Source of the DNA: Octopus bimaculoides | Lineage: Eukaryota | Assembly (NCBI RefSeq): GCF_001194135.2 | Contig: NC_068982.1 | Coordinates: 152,258,335 to 152,322,334, forward strand | Direction of reading: 5' to 3' | Length of the DNA stretch: 64,000 nt | Shown here: positions 53,605 through 64,000 of the stretch, piece by piece | Position numbering within the stretch: the stretch's first letter is position 1 | Layout of the letters: every line of letters starts with the position of its first letter | Position numbers and translations under genes: made by a program | Notes under the pieces: model-generated | What the model saw: only the letters and a program-made list of their open reading frames with translations | Database searches by the model: none | What the model was told of the DNA's origin: nothing

Positions 53605-53736
53605 CTTTTACACTGTTGGTCATTGCAGGTTCCTTGAAGATCATACTGACAAAGAATATTTTTGCAGTTCAGTTTATGAGAGAAACTCTGGCTAGAAAGG
53701 GACAAATTCTCTTTTGTGCGAAGAAAAGGACTGAAA
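53605..53736 (-). CDS. ZFC3H1: ZFC3H1 exon w8, 132 nt, FSPFLRTKE..CQYDLQGTCNDQQCK (C3H1 zinc finger)
   Basis: ttccaacag / AG|gtaggg, phase 2/2; finger completed by His in next exon. Confidence 0.95.
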
Positions 53737-54318
53737 CTGTTGGAAAATAAAGAAAAACAAGTGGAATAATTAAAGTAGATATAAAATCAATAGATAAGTC
53801 AAATTTAAATACTGATACAAGCAGAGTATTATAACAATATAATTTCTTAGTTAATCTGAAAATAGATTTGAGGGATCTTTTCCCTTCGAACGGCAGATCA
53901 AGAAATTAATTTTTTGTAACTAAACACTTTCAAACTTCGGACACTGGTAGAATGTGTCATATAAAACATCTTTTACTCTTACTGTTGTTGAGAAAAAGTT
54001 TATATTTTCAGAGTTATTTCGTGTTAAAGTAGTCATATTTCGGTAATTTCAACCAATCAATGACGTGTATTCAGCTGAATAAAATTACTGCCATTGTTTG
54101 TCAACAACAACAATCGGCAGTGTATATTTCGTTTGTCACAGTTATTCTCCATATGAGACATAGAGAATTATTGGGCAAAGACCAAGATTTTACATGTACT
54201 ACAAACAGATATGACAAATAGACAAATGAATAAGATTATCTGTAAATGCTGAATTCTAGCGCTATCATAGTTAAATAAATAACAAATGGGAAAGATCAAC
54301 TGTTAAATAAATACTTAC

Positions 54319-54428
54319 CGATATGCTCGAAAATGTAACAAGGGACTTTTGTATGGCTTATACAATCTTAAAGCTTGGGACATTTTGAGATTATTCAGGG
54401 ACTGATTATCAGATTTAGGATAAGGAAT
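54319..54428 (-). CDS. ZFC3H1: ZFC3H1 exon w7, 110 nt, IPYPKSD..YKSPLLHFRAY(R)
   Basis: ttctttag / CG|gtaagt, phase 0/2. Confidence 0.93.
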
Positions 54429-54467
54429 CTAAAGAAAGAAAAAAAAGTTGAAAGAAAAATGTGATAG

Positions 54468-54471
<4 letters not shown>

Positions 54472-54527
<56 letters not shown>

Positions 54528-54578
54528 TATATATATATATATATAGATATATATATATATAGATCAGTGGTTTTGCAC

Positions 54579-54610
<32 letters not shown>

Positions 54611-54620
54611 GTATGTGTGT
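54472..54620. repeat. (TA)n and (GT)n
   Basis: Seen directly. Confidence 0.95.
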
Positions 54621-54876
54621 AAAAGCAGTGACTGGATGCCTCTCACAGATGATCTCCTATAGAATGAAATCACATGATATAGGAATTCCAGCACCCATGA
54701 CAGATGATTCCCGTCTGCTGCAATCAGTGTGCTTTTTTATCCACCTAGCGCCTACATGTAAACGTTTGCACAATCCATAATAAAACTAATTCTATTTCAT
54801 TAGCATATTTTCAACCTTCCAGAATGAAAGTCAAGAATGGAACTTATTCACAGAATCAATTAAATACCTGAAGCAG

Positions 54877-55235
54877 TTTAACCCTTTCAATACCAACCTG
54901 GCCTAAGCCAGCCAAAAAGTATTTTGGTTCATAAGACCAACCCAGCCGTAGCCGGCCGAGAGTACCCTTTGTTATTTAAATGTGAATTTGAACACAAATC
55001 TCGTTAGTACGTTCATGAAAACATGTGATTTCCTTAGTAAATAGTTGAGTTGTAACCTATCAGCCACAGTATTAACCCTTTTATTACTATATTTCTGACC
55101 AAAATACATCCTCATGAGTTTCAATTAAATTTTAAAATAATCATGAATTTAGACTAGTTTCATTAAGCAACTGTAACTTTTTTACTTAACATATTAATGT
55201 GATATTTGGAACATAATTAAAGAAAGGGTTCTTAA
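54877..55235. mobile_element. piggyBac-like MITE(s)
   Basis: ttaacccttt at ~54877 and ~55073, aaagggtt at ~55223. Confidence 0.45.
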
Positions 55236-56530
55236 TCAATTTTATTGCATAACTTTTGTTTCAAAGTTACTCTACAGGTAAATCCCGGTAAACAGAGCAA
55301 AAGATAAGAATATTAAAATTTTGTTTAAACATCACCATAGAAAATGAATCATCAGCTAATATTCAATTGGGTATGCAACAAAATTTTGATATAGAAGAAT
55401 TGTGCACATCACTAGATTACCAGTAGAATTTAATGCACAGAACAGGTGTACCATAAATTTTCATCTTATACTGTGCCAATAAACCAAATATCTTTTATGG
55501 AAGAAACAATGGCTTCCTTACCACTTATACAAACATGAGGAATTGGATTTGTTAAACTTGAGGTCATGGTTTCAATTTTGGATGAACATCTCTGCCCCAA
55601 CACTAAACCATTTCCCAACCTATCAACTACTACTTAATGATGACCCTTTGTATAAAATGTCAGATATTTCATCAGATCAGTTGCCTTTCTTACAGCTTTC
55701 TACTGTGACCCTTCACCACAATATATCAAGGCCATTCTTTTCAGTTTCCATATTGGTTCTCATTAAGAAAGACTGATTTAGATGGTTAACCAAGTAGAAA
55801 TATGTCAGTGTACCAGTGCAAGTTACAATGATTTACTGGGCTTTTAATTCACATTTTACCATAAAAGTGAGAAATCTATTAGTTTACAAGTTGAGATTTA
55901 AGACAAGAAAAAATTGTCAAAACACATGCACAAAATGGCAGAAAATATTTTTAAGCAAAATTAAATCAAGCAACTTACAGAATTTGAAGGTGGAGTCAAA
56001 TGAGAGAAATTTTCCCAAGAAACAATTTTTGATTGTGCTGGCTCTATTAAGTTTTGCATCTTTTCATGCTAAAAATTAGAAAATTAAAATAGCAAAATCT
56101 AACAAATTTCTAATTCAAAATTAATATTTAAGACTTTGGAAGAATTGGTTACAATAAAATAAAATTCAAACAATATTTCTGCTCTTTATATTTTTGTTAA
56201 GTTCAGCTAAGTTTTAGAAGTAGATTTTTTAAAAAGTCTCAGAAGATTTTAGAGCAAACTCTGGTTCTTTATTTCTACAGTATCAAATTGACAAAAATTT
56301 TCTACTGAATATAGTGATGGGCTATCACAAGTAATGGGAGTGTCTACTTTATCTCCAGTATGATATACAGAATTCAGTTTCTCGGTGGAAGACAGAAACA
56401 AAGATACTATAAAACACTTGTATGAATATTCAGTGCAATACCGTACCTATTTATCAGATTTGTTATGCATATGAAGTTTAAAAAGATGGATAAATATGAA
56501 TTAAACAAGTGAAACTAGAAAATACGTGTA

Positions 56531-56865
56531 TTGTCATCATCATTTAGCGCCCATTTTTCATGCTGGCATGGGTTAGATGGTTTGACTGGAACTGGTAAGC
56601 CAGAGAGCTGTACCAGGCTTCAGTCTAAATTTGGCTTGGTTTCTTCCAAATGTCAACCATTCCAAGAGTGTAGTGGGTGCCGTTTATGTGTCACCGGTAC
56701 TGTCCGTGACTATGACTTCACTTGGCCTAACAAGCCATCGCAAGTACAGCAAACCACCAAAGGACTTGATCATTTGATATCGTCTCCGTGAAACCCAATA
56801 TCTAAAGATCATAGTTCACCACCACCTCATCCCATGTCTTCCTGGGTCTACTTCTTCCGCAGAAC
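56531..56865 (-). mobile_element. RTE 3' end, older copy
   Basis: rc encodes RPRKTWDEVV and the same tail. Confidence 0.75.
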
Positions 56866-56980
56866 AACAAACATCTGGAGACTGACAATACAAGTCATTC
56901 TTCGAAAGTAATACATTAAATTTTATATGAAAAAGAAAAACATTTATTATTGATCTTTAAAGCAAGCATTAGATATTTAC

Positions 56981-57352
56981 CAAAATCGTTTTAAGGTTTG
57001 CTAGCTGTGAATTTTCAGGCATTTCAAAGTTATATTCTGTCTTATCTAATTGCTGAGGGACACGTATATCTGGTTGAATATTTTCTTTGTTCTGGATGAT
57101 CTCTGGCTTCATTTTGGAGTTGAGTGAAATCATTGAACGTCGTCGAGAATCTATTTTCTCAGCAATTTGTTGAGAGGCTGTCTCAGCTTCCTCAGTACAG
57201 TCTAATGAAATTTTCTCCAGTTGAAGGACTGATGATTTGGTAATCTTTTTATTGGCTTGAGTCTGTAGCTTCTGCAACATTAGTGCATACTGTTGTTGCA
57301 TCTGTTGAAGTTGTTGTCTTTTATGAGGAATGTCCTCAATTTTTGGTTTAAG
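56981..57352 (-). CDS. ZFC3H1: ZFC3H1 exon w6, 372 nt, LKPKIEDIPH..NLKTIL
   Basis: ctctttgcag / TTG|gtaaat, phase 0/0; QQQYALMLQKL and SRRRS motifs. Confidence 0.9.
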
Positions 57353-57464
57353 CTGCAAAGAGATTATCTTGTGCAATAAGTAGCAACCCAATTTGAAGAA
57401 TAAACATATTTATTGAATGCCAAATTAGCAATATAGTAAAAATCAGTATCAAAATGTTTTATTT

Positions 57465-57780
57465 TTTCCAGTCATTTGACTGTGGCCATGCTGGAGCACT
57501 ACCTTTATTAGAACAAATTCACCCCAGAACTTATTTTGTCAGCCTGGTAACTTATTCTATTGGTCACTTTTGCCGAACTGCTGAGTTATGGGAATATTGG
57601 TTGTCAAGCGATGGTGGAAGGGCACACACACACACACAGAGACTTCTTTCAAATCCACTCAAAAGGCTTTGGTTGGCCCAAGGCCACAGGAGAAGACACT
57701 TGCCCAAGGTGCCACGCAGTGGGACTGAAACCGGAACTATGTGGCTGGGAAGCAAGCTTCTTATCACACAGTCAATGATC
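57465..57780 (-). mobile_element. tRNA-derived SINE, same head but different 3' body (partial heads also at ~15290-15480 and ~31150-31255)
   Basis: rc of cccagccacatagttccggtttcagtcccactgcgtggcaccttgggcaagtgtcttc. Confidence 0.75.
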
Positions 57781-58407
57781 TTAAGCGAGTGTAATTTTTA
57801 GAGACTTATATTGTTACACTTATGTAACAGCTTCACAACTGGAAATAAACCACTGAAAAAAAAATTCTTACAACGTTTTTGGAATATTAAGAAACCTAAA
57901 TGAGTATAAAGAATACGCTTATCTAGTTAAGGATTAACATCCTCAATAAAATAATTCTTTAGAATACCCACTGCATATTGAAAGATTTTTAATATCTATA
58001 CCTACACAACATTTCAATGGGTTATTTTTGAAATAAAGAATCCAAGTTCAAGTTCATCTGGAGTGATTAGAACATCAAACCTATCAATACAGCCTAGATG
58101 TAAATATTGTAATACTTTGTCTTTGAAGATGTGATAAGAGATGCAGCATTATTGCTATAGCACAGAGCAGCCAAACTGAACACTTATGATCATTAGCATT
58201 TCAACTGGAACAGCCTTCTTGTTTTCTCTGTGTCGGTGGGCAGTCTACATTATACAGTAGCCTTTCAATTTAAAAAGTAATGTATATTTTGAGGGAGATT
58301 TACCTTATCTTTAGCAAGTTGATCAATGAATGAGAGGATCCTTCACTGGTACAAGATATACTTGTGCAGATTGTGTTGGTAATAATTTTAACAACATATA
58401 GACTTAC

Positions 58408-58578
58408 CTGATTATGTGAAAGAAGGGGCAATACCCTTTTGTTTCCAGCACTATCAACAGCAATTGTACGGGGTTGGTAGCAGGCACCATAAAGACGTTT
58501 TCCAATTTGTAGGAGATTCTTTTCTAACTGTAATACCGTGGACTCATTATGAGCAAGCTGAATTTTCACAAGTTGTAT
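58408..58578 (-). CDS. ZFC3H1: ZFC3H1 exon w5, 171 nt, IQLVKIQLAH..LLSHNQ
   Basis: cttttacttaag / CAG|gtaagt, phase 0/0. Confidence 0.88.
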
Positions 58579-59546
58579 CTTAAGTAAAAGATGGCAAAAA
58601 AGGAATGTCAATTATCAAAGAGATATGATTGTTGCTCCAGGTTCATTTGTATACAATTGAAGTTACATGAATTGCATGTCTGAATTGAGTTCTTCATACA
58701 GCGAGATGACAAAATTAGGCCAATTAGACTAGTCTGGGAAATAGCTGTGTAAGAGAGATGCTTGTAGTACATTTTATGAGACACTGCAGCAAATAAACCA
58801 CTACTTGCTAGTAACCCAAACACTGACCTGGTGTTTATAAAGCAAAGGTCAATTTTCTGGGATACTCTTTTCTTAAAAAAACAGGTACACTGTATAAGCT
58901 AACAAATATGTAATTTATTTAATTGTATCCTGTTAAATTTTTGATCATTTTCAAATTTGAAATATACTGACAGTAGGTTGTTTCATAAGAAATGTGGGCA
59001 TGAAAAATAATTAAAATATAATGCTAATAGATATTTCTTTTTGCTTTTTAACCAAAATTGTGCTATTTTCAAAATTTATAGAATAGCAACTACTTCAGTT
59101 TGAAACCTGCAGTTTGAGCAACATTGTTTTGTCGAGGGGAATAATAGCAAGGTTTGAACTTATTGCACTGTGGCCATAATTCTGGCCAACTAACCTTAAA
59201 ATTATGTATCTAATTTTCATTTGGTGATTTACAGTTACCAAACAACTATGACAGAGTTGTGATGTCTAGGTGTTACAAATTAATAATACTAACATGCATA
59301 CAATAAATATATAATTTCCATAGCATATAAACTAACAAATTTATCTTAAGATATTAAAACAAGTTTTCTAGTTTGAGAATAAAATCTTTCCATGGTGTTA
59401 CATTACACACTTTCTAAACCTTTAATTTTACAATTTATATAAAGGGAGAGAGACAAAGCACAAAGAAAACATTTGTAACTGTGGTTTTGTTTTGAGTTCC
59501 TTAAAGATTTTATTAAAGAAAAAAAAGCTAAACCCCAAAATCTTAC

Positions 59547-59721
59547 CTTGTCTTTAATTTTAATATCTTGTTTATGATACATAGCAACCAAATGATCAGA
59601 GTTTTTCAGATTTTTCCTGAAAATCTCACACTTCTTTTCTGTTGATTTGATTTTGGTAAGGACTTTTGATGCTTGGGTTACTAGAGCTTTCAATTCTCTT
59701 TGGTCTTGTAACATTAGTTTT
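59547..59721 (-). CDS. ZFC3H1: ZFC3H1 exon w4, 175 nt, KLMLQDQRELKAL..KIKDK (coiled coil)
   Basis: tgtttcag / AAG|gtaaga, phase 2/0. Confidence 0.9.
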
Positions 59722-59843
59722 CTGAAACAAATAATACATATTCAGACAAACACGCAAAAGATATGCACTATTTCACCAAAAGAAAATGTAGTTTACGACA
59801 CTAAAATTTCAAAACAGTAAAAAAAGATTTTAAAAATATCTAC

Positions 59844-59977
59844 CTTTGAGCAACATATTTCTCTTCGAGTTCCCGAAAGCCCCTGTCTGCAGTATACAAA
59901 TCTACTTCCTGCTTATTCAGGCTGATATTTTTCTTAATGTTACTAACGTCTTTTGATTCCATACTGTTCTTCTTGGT
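59844..59977 (-). CDS. ZFC3H1: ZFC3H1 exon w3, 134 nt, TKKNSMESKD..KYVAQ(R)
   Basis: cttttacag / AG|gtagat, phase 0/2. Confidence 0.85.
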
Positions 59978-60099
59978 CTGTAAAAGCAGTTTTAACTTAA
60001 TTAATTCTTCAGATTTAAAGTAAAACAAAATATACTTAATTCAGGGACGTGCCACCTAGGTAGGCAAGGTAGGCAGTGCCAACCTTGAATAAAACAGAT

Positions 60100-60250
60100 T
60101 GTTGTTGTTGTTGTTGTCATCGTTTAACGTCCGCTTTCCATGCTAGCATGGGTTGGACGATTTGACTGAGGACTGGTGAAACCAGATGGCTACACCAGGC
60201 TCCAATCTGATTTGGCAGAGTTTCTACGGCTGGATGCCCTTCCTAACGCC
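60100..60250 (-). mobile_element. young RTE-tail copy
   Basis: (GTT)n then catcgtttaacgtccgc..cctaacgcc. Confidence 0.85.
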
Positions 60251-61589
60251 AAAACATTTTCCTTTTATGGCAAAATATGCACCTAATTCAATAAAATTAT
60301 GAAGGTTACTCTGGTTACTATGCATAAAATGCAAAATATTTTATTTTTTTGTAGATTAGTTAGGCATATCAGTATTTAAGCTACGCATAGTACTGCTGTA
60401 GTACACGTGCTGTGTACACTCCTACGTTTTCTTTGTGCTACAAAGGCAGAAGTGAATCTGCCTTCAACTCAGTCACACGCCTGTGTTTCACTATTAAAAG
60501 GTCACCAACTGCCTACCCTAAGTAAATACTGACAACACATACCTGACTTAATTGTATCTAGCAGTTTTCAGGTATAAAAGAAGAATATTACATATGATCA
60601 TTGAAAGCAAATAATTTTCTACCAAGTTTATACAAATATCAGCTACATTTTTTTTATCAAAGCCTGCTATTAAGAATTTCAGCTATTTGGCTGAACAAAC
60701 AGCTAATACTTCCATTTCAACAGTAAAAGCTATTCCTACTACATCACTTCATAAACAACAATTCTGTGTTATATCTAGTCATTTGTTCAACTATCTCATG
60801 ACCTCAGCCAGTATTGACTTGAAGCCATATAAAAATGACAATTACTATCAGAGAAAACAGAATTGCACTACTCTAGTACTGGTCACTCCTCATTTTACTC
60901 TAATTATAAACTCTCATTGCCCACCAATCTAAACCGACTTCAATTAAAATCTACCACTAGAGTTGTGAGCATAATAAACTAGTGTAATTATTTGCTTGGC
61001 ACCAATTCAATTCAATTCTCTCACCTTAACGATTATTATAATTATTGTTTTCAATCATTTGTTTATCTATTTTTGTCACAAAATTTGGCTTACTACATAC
61101 TGTAGGTTATAGTCATAGCTATAGTTAACGTTAAGAATGCAAATGTTCATTTATTCTTACTCTAAATCTCGAAAATTCCATCTCTTCATGTTTGTTTTCG
61201 ATCAGTCCTAATTCTGGAAAATTTTCACTTCTCTCCCTCTCTGTTTCGTTAACCACTTGCTTTGCCCATGATGATTGTTAGTTAATTAATAGCTAACTTT
61301 GTCTCAGCTTCTACGAAGGAATAGGGCGAACAGTGCTTGCCGTTTGTGATGTGCCCGTCCGTCCCACTGCCACCACCTATAGCGGAAGTTTTTATCCTCT
61401 GACCTCTACCAGATGTCTTTCTCCTCAGCACCTCTAATGGCTTACTATATGGAATGCTCCCCGCCCCCACATCTCTACCTAGTGTCCGTCTCCTGTAGAA
61501 AATAGTGATAATAAAACGGTGTAGTGTATGCAGGTTGAAGGCTGTTTGTGTGTTTATGAGATCTGCCAAATGCGAGCTTTCTTTTCAGA

Positions 61590-62050
61590 TGCATAATGCT
61601 GCTGTCCCCCATCGCACACCTTCTACACCCTCAGGGTTGGCACATTGAAAGGTAGGTCTGGCGAGATTAATGAGATGCTTGAAAGGAGACAAGTATATTT
61701 GTGCTGCATCCAAAAAGTAAGGTGGAGAGAAAGTTCTGCTAGGTTCCTCACAGACTAAGAACATAGGTATAAGATTTTCTGAGAAGGGAACACTGATGGG
61801 GCTGGGGATGTGGGTATATTCCTTGTGGAGAAACGGGCTGATGAGGTAATTGAGGTAGTCAGAGTCTGATAAAATATTCAAGCTTAGACTAATGCTGCAA
61901 CATGGATTAGCGACCATTATCTTGACCTATGCTTCTCAGCTAGGACAACCTGATGCACATAAAGACCGATTTTATGACACCCTCTTACAGATTACCTCAT
62001 CGACGAATGACAGGAACCTTCTCTTTGTGGCTAGCAACTTCAACAGTTGG
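61590..62050 (+). mobile_element. RTE APE-endonuclease (5') fragment
   Basis: VGTLKGRSGEI.EMLERR..CCIQ.VRW..YA.QLG..KDRFYD. Confidence 0.8.
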
Positions 62051-62663
62051 TGTGCATGTGTAGTAACATTGATTAGTGAGATTTTAGTAATTAATTGGCA
62101 GGCCTTCTTTAAATGTGCTGTAGCATAGCTGTAGTATTGTCCTTAATGGTGAGAGCATATCAGTAATGGCCTGTTAATGAGAGGAATACGTTTTGGTGAT
62201 GGAAGAGGAAAATTAGTCTTTGAAATGTATTTTTAGCTATATATGTTGAGTACCCAAGAGAGAGGAGTGTAAATTTTGAGGGCATAAATAAGCAGCAAGT
62301 TGAGAGCATATCATCCAATATTAGAGGAACTAGACTGTTTCCTTGATATAAACAAGTGATTGTGTCTGTATTGTTGAAAGAGATAAGATTGTTATGGTGC
62401 CACTGAAGAATATTTTCAAGGTTTCTGTTCACAGAAATAGTTTTAATATGAGATAAGATTGTATGTAGATGACATCTCTGTATGGTGAATTAAGATGAAT
62501 GAAAAGCCGTAGTCATCTAAACAGGAATGAGAGTACATTGTTCAAGGTGACAGCAAACAAAATGAGGTAAATTTAACAAAACTTTGAGGCAATTAGAACT
62601 AATAAGTTGTAACCAGGGAACTGTCAATAACTATTGTGATAGTACAATCTGCTAGGAAGATTC

Positions 62664-62779
62664 ATCATCCTCATCATCATCATCATTATTATCGTTTAAT
62701 GTCCGCTTTCCATGCTAGCATGGGTTGGACGACTTGACTGAGGACCGGTGAAACCGGATGGCAACACCAGGCTCCATTC
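62664..62779 (-). mobile_element. short young RTE-tail copy
   Basis: Same family. Confidence 0.8.
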
Positions 62780-62789
62780 CTATTCAAGA

Positions 62790-62990
62790 AATGAAATTTA
62801 GATGATGTCAAAGGCACTGATACTATTTTTATCAAACTTCTCAGCAGTGTGAAAGCACCAATTAGAGATACACCAGAACAGATCAGGAAGAGAGTTAATG
62901 AGCGTTTCCATCAGCTTTCAAACAATAGGCTAATAGCCGGTGATCTCTACACAGCAAGATGGACAATTCTAAAGCATCAAAGAACAACTT
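62790..62990 (+). mobile_element. possible Penelope-like RT remnant (weaker ones ~34590-35110 and ~52600-53240)
   Basis: DTPEQIRKRVNERFHQLS resembles a PLE thumb region; weak. Confidence 0.3.
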
Positions 62991-63042
62991 CTACACAATT
63001 ACAGGGAAACAAAAATGGGAAGTGAAGGAGAGAAGGAGGGAG

Positions 63043-63043
63043 T

Positions 63044-63099
<56 letters not shown>

Positions 63100-63100
63100 G
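63043..63100. repeat. (GA)n just inside the intron after exon w2
   Basis: Seen directly. Confidence 0.9.
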
Positions 63101-63114
63101 AGTGAAATATTCAC

Positions 63115-63255
63115 CTCAACTGATTTGCGAGCATCTTTAAGAAATTGGTCAATACCAGACAGAATGTTCTGTTTTTGAGTTTCTGGTTCTGCCTCATGTT
63201 CACTATCAGTAGAATCCTCAGCCAAGTTTATTACTACAGAAGGATGCTTCGGAAT
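63115..63255 (-). CDS. ZFC3H1: ZFC3H1 exon w2, 141 nt, IPKHPSVVINLAEDS..ARKSVE
   Basis: ttgcag / GAG|gtgaat, phase 0/0; conserved PKH.SVV..L.DS motif. Confidence 0.95.
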
Positions 63256-63764
63256 CTGCAAACATATTGTAAATTAAAACTTTAAAATATTTAATAAATG
63301 ACAATGGAGAAAGAAATCTCTTTAGACTTTTCTCTTTCCAACGAAGAGTCATGCTCGAAACATTAACAACTCACTCCTTTCACCAAGCATCAAATTAATA
63401 TATTGCTTGCACATGTCCTCACGTTCATTTTTTACTTTTTTTTTCTTGTTTTTAATTGTTTGTTCTTTGAATTGATTAATAAAATAATAAACCTTTTTCC
63501 AAAGTTTAATGTGGATAACAAACATGCAGGCATGAAAGAAATCGTTTCCTTCAAAGTCATTCAGAGCATTCGTAGAGGACATTTTAGGGACAAATTAAAA
63601 GATCTACTTAAAAACAATATATACAAATAATGAACTTATGACCATTTATCTTTTTTTTAAGACATAATGTCAATACTTTGTAACCACCTAATAAAATATA
63701 TATATTGTACATAACATCACAAGCCACTAGATGATAGAAAACTAAAAATTCAAAGATTACATAC

Positions 63765-63887
63765 CTTTGGAGCACAATATGGCTGTTGCTGAGGTGGCTG
63801 TTTCTTATCAGGTAAGTTTGCATCAGTGCTGTGAGGAGACTGACTCCTAGGAGAAAGTGGTGATTCTTTCCCTGAAGTATCATCAAC
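63765..63887 (-). CDS. ZFC3H1: ZFC3H1 exon w1, 123 nt, VDDTSGKESP..YCAPK
   Basis: tttttatag acceptor, AAG|gtatgt donor, phase 0/0, open frame; low-complexity so homology is weak. Confidence 0.8.
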
Positions 63888-64000
63888 CTATAAAAATACA
63901 TATACTTGTAACTTCTTTGAAATACATTTATATTGGCAGTTAATCAGATCAATTTAAAACATTCCACCACAAGTACAGATTTAGATCAGCTGAAGAGAAG

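Noticed and set aside
58184-58244. Extra exon TAHRHRENKKAVPVEM..
   Set aside because: Acceptor plausible but no credible donor, and the frame runs to a stop.
60041-60520. TIR-bounded DNA element (ggtaggcagt / actgcctacc)
   Set aside because: Only a 10-bp inverted match, no TSD, single copy.

Overview
AT-rich, microsatellite-laden eukaryotic scaffold with five N gaps. The repeat families look like coleoid cephalopod (Octopus-type) DNA, which is an inference from recognition rather than a search. The main content is the 3' part of ZFC3H1 (PAXT zinc-finger/TPR-HAT scaffold) on the minus strand: 26 hand-built GT-AG exons from 63887 down to the TGA at 21131-21133. Every junction is phase-consistent, totalling 3705 nt (1234 aa plus stop); the 5' exons lie beyond the window. 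Bases 1-21 kb are intergenic TE terrain: a ~1.6-kb imperfect palindrome with a third copy of its arm, a decayed Gypsy element split by a 1-kb solo LTR, a second inverted solo LTR of that family, a 239-bp TGT..ACA MITE with 5-bp TSD, and RTE LINE pieces. Introns hold RTE fragments, tRNA-derived SINEs sharing the RTE tail, two mariner relics and piggyBac-like MITEs. The most unusual object is at 49.3-49.7 kb: a tRNA-like Pol III head fused to a degenerate hammerhead-like motif, with the head duplicated into a 106-bp-arm hairpin. All alignments were done by eye.
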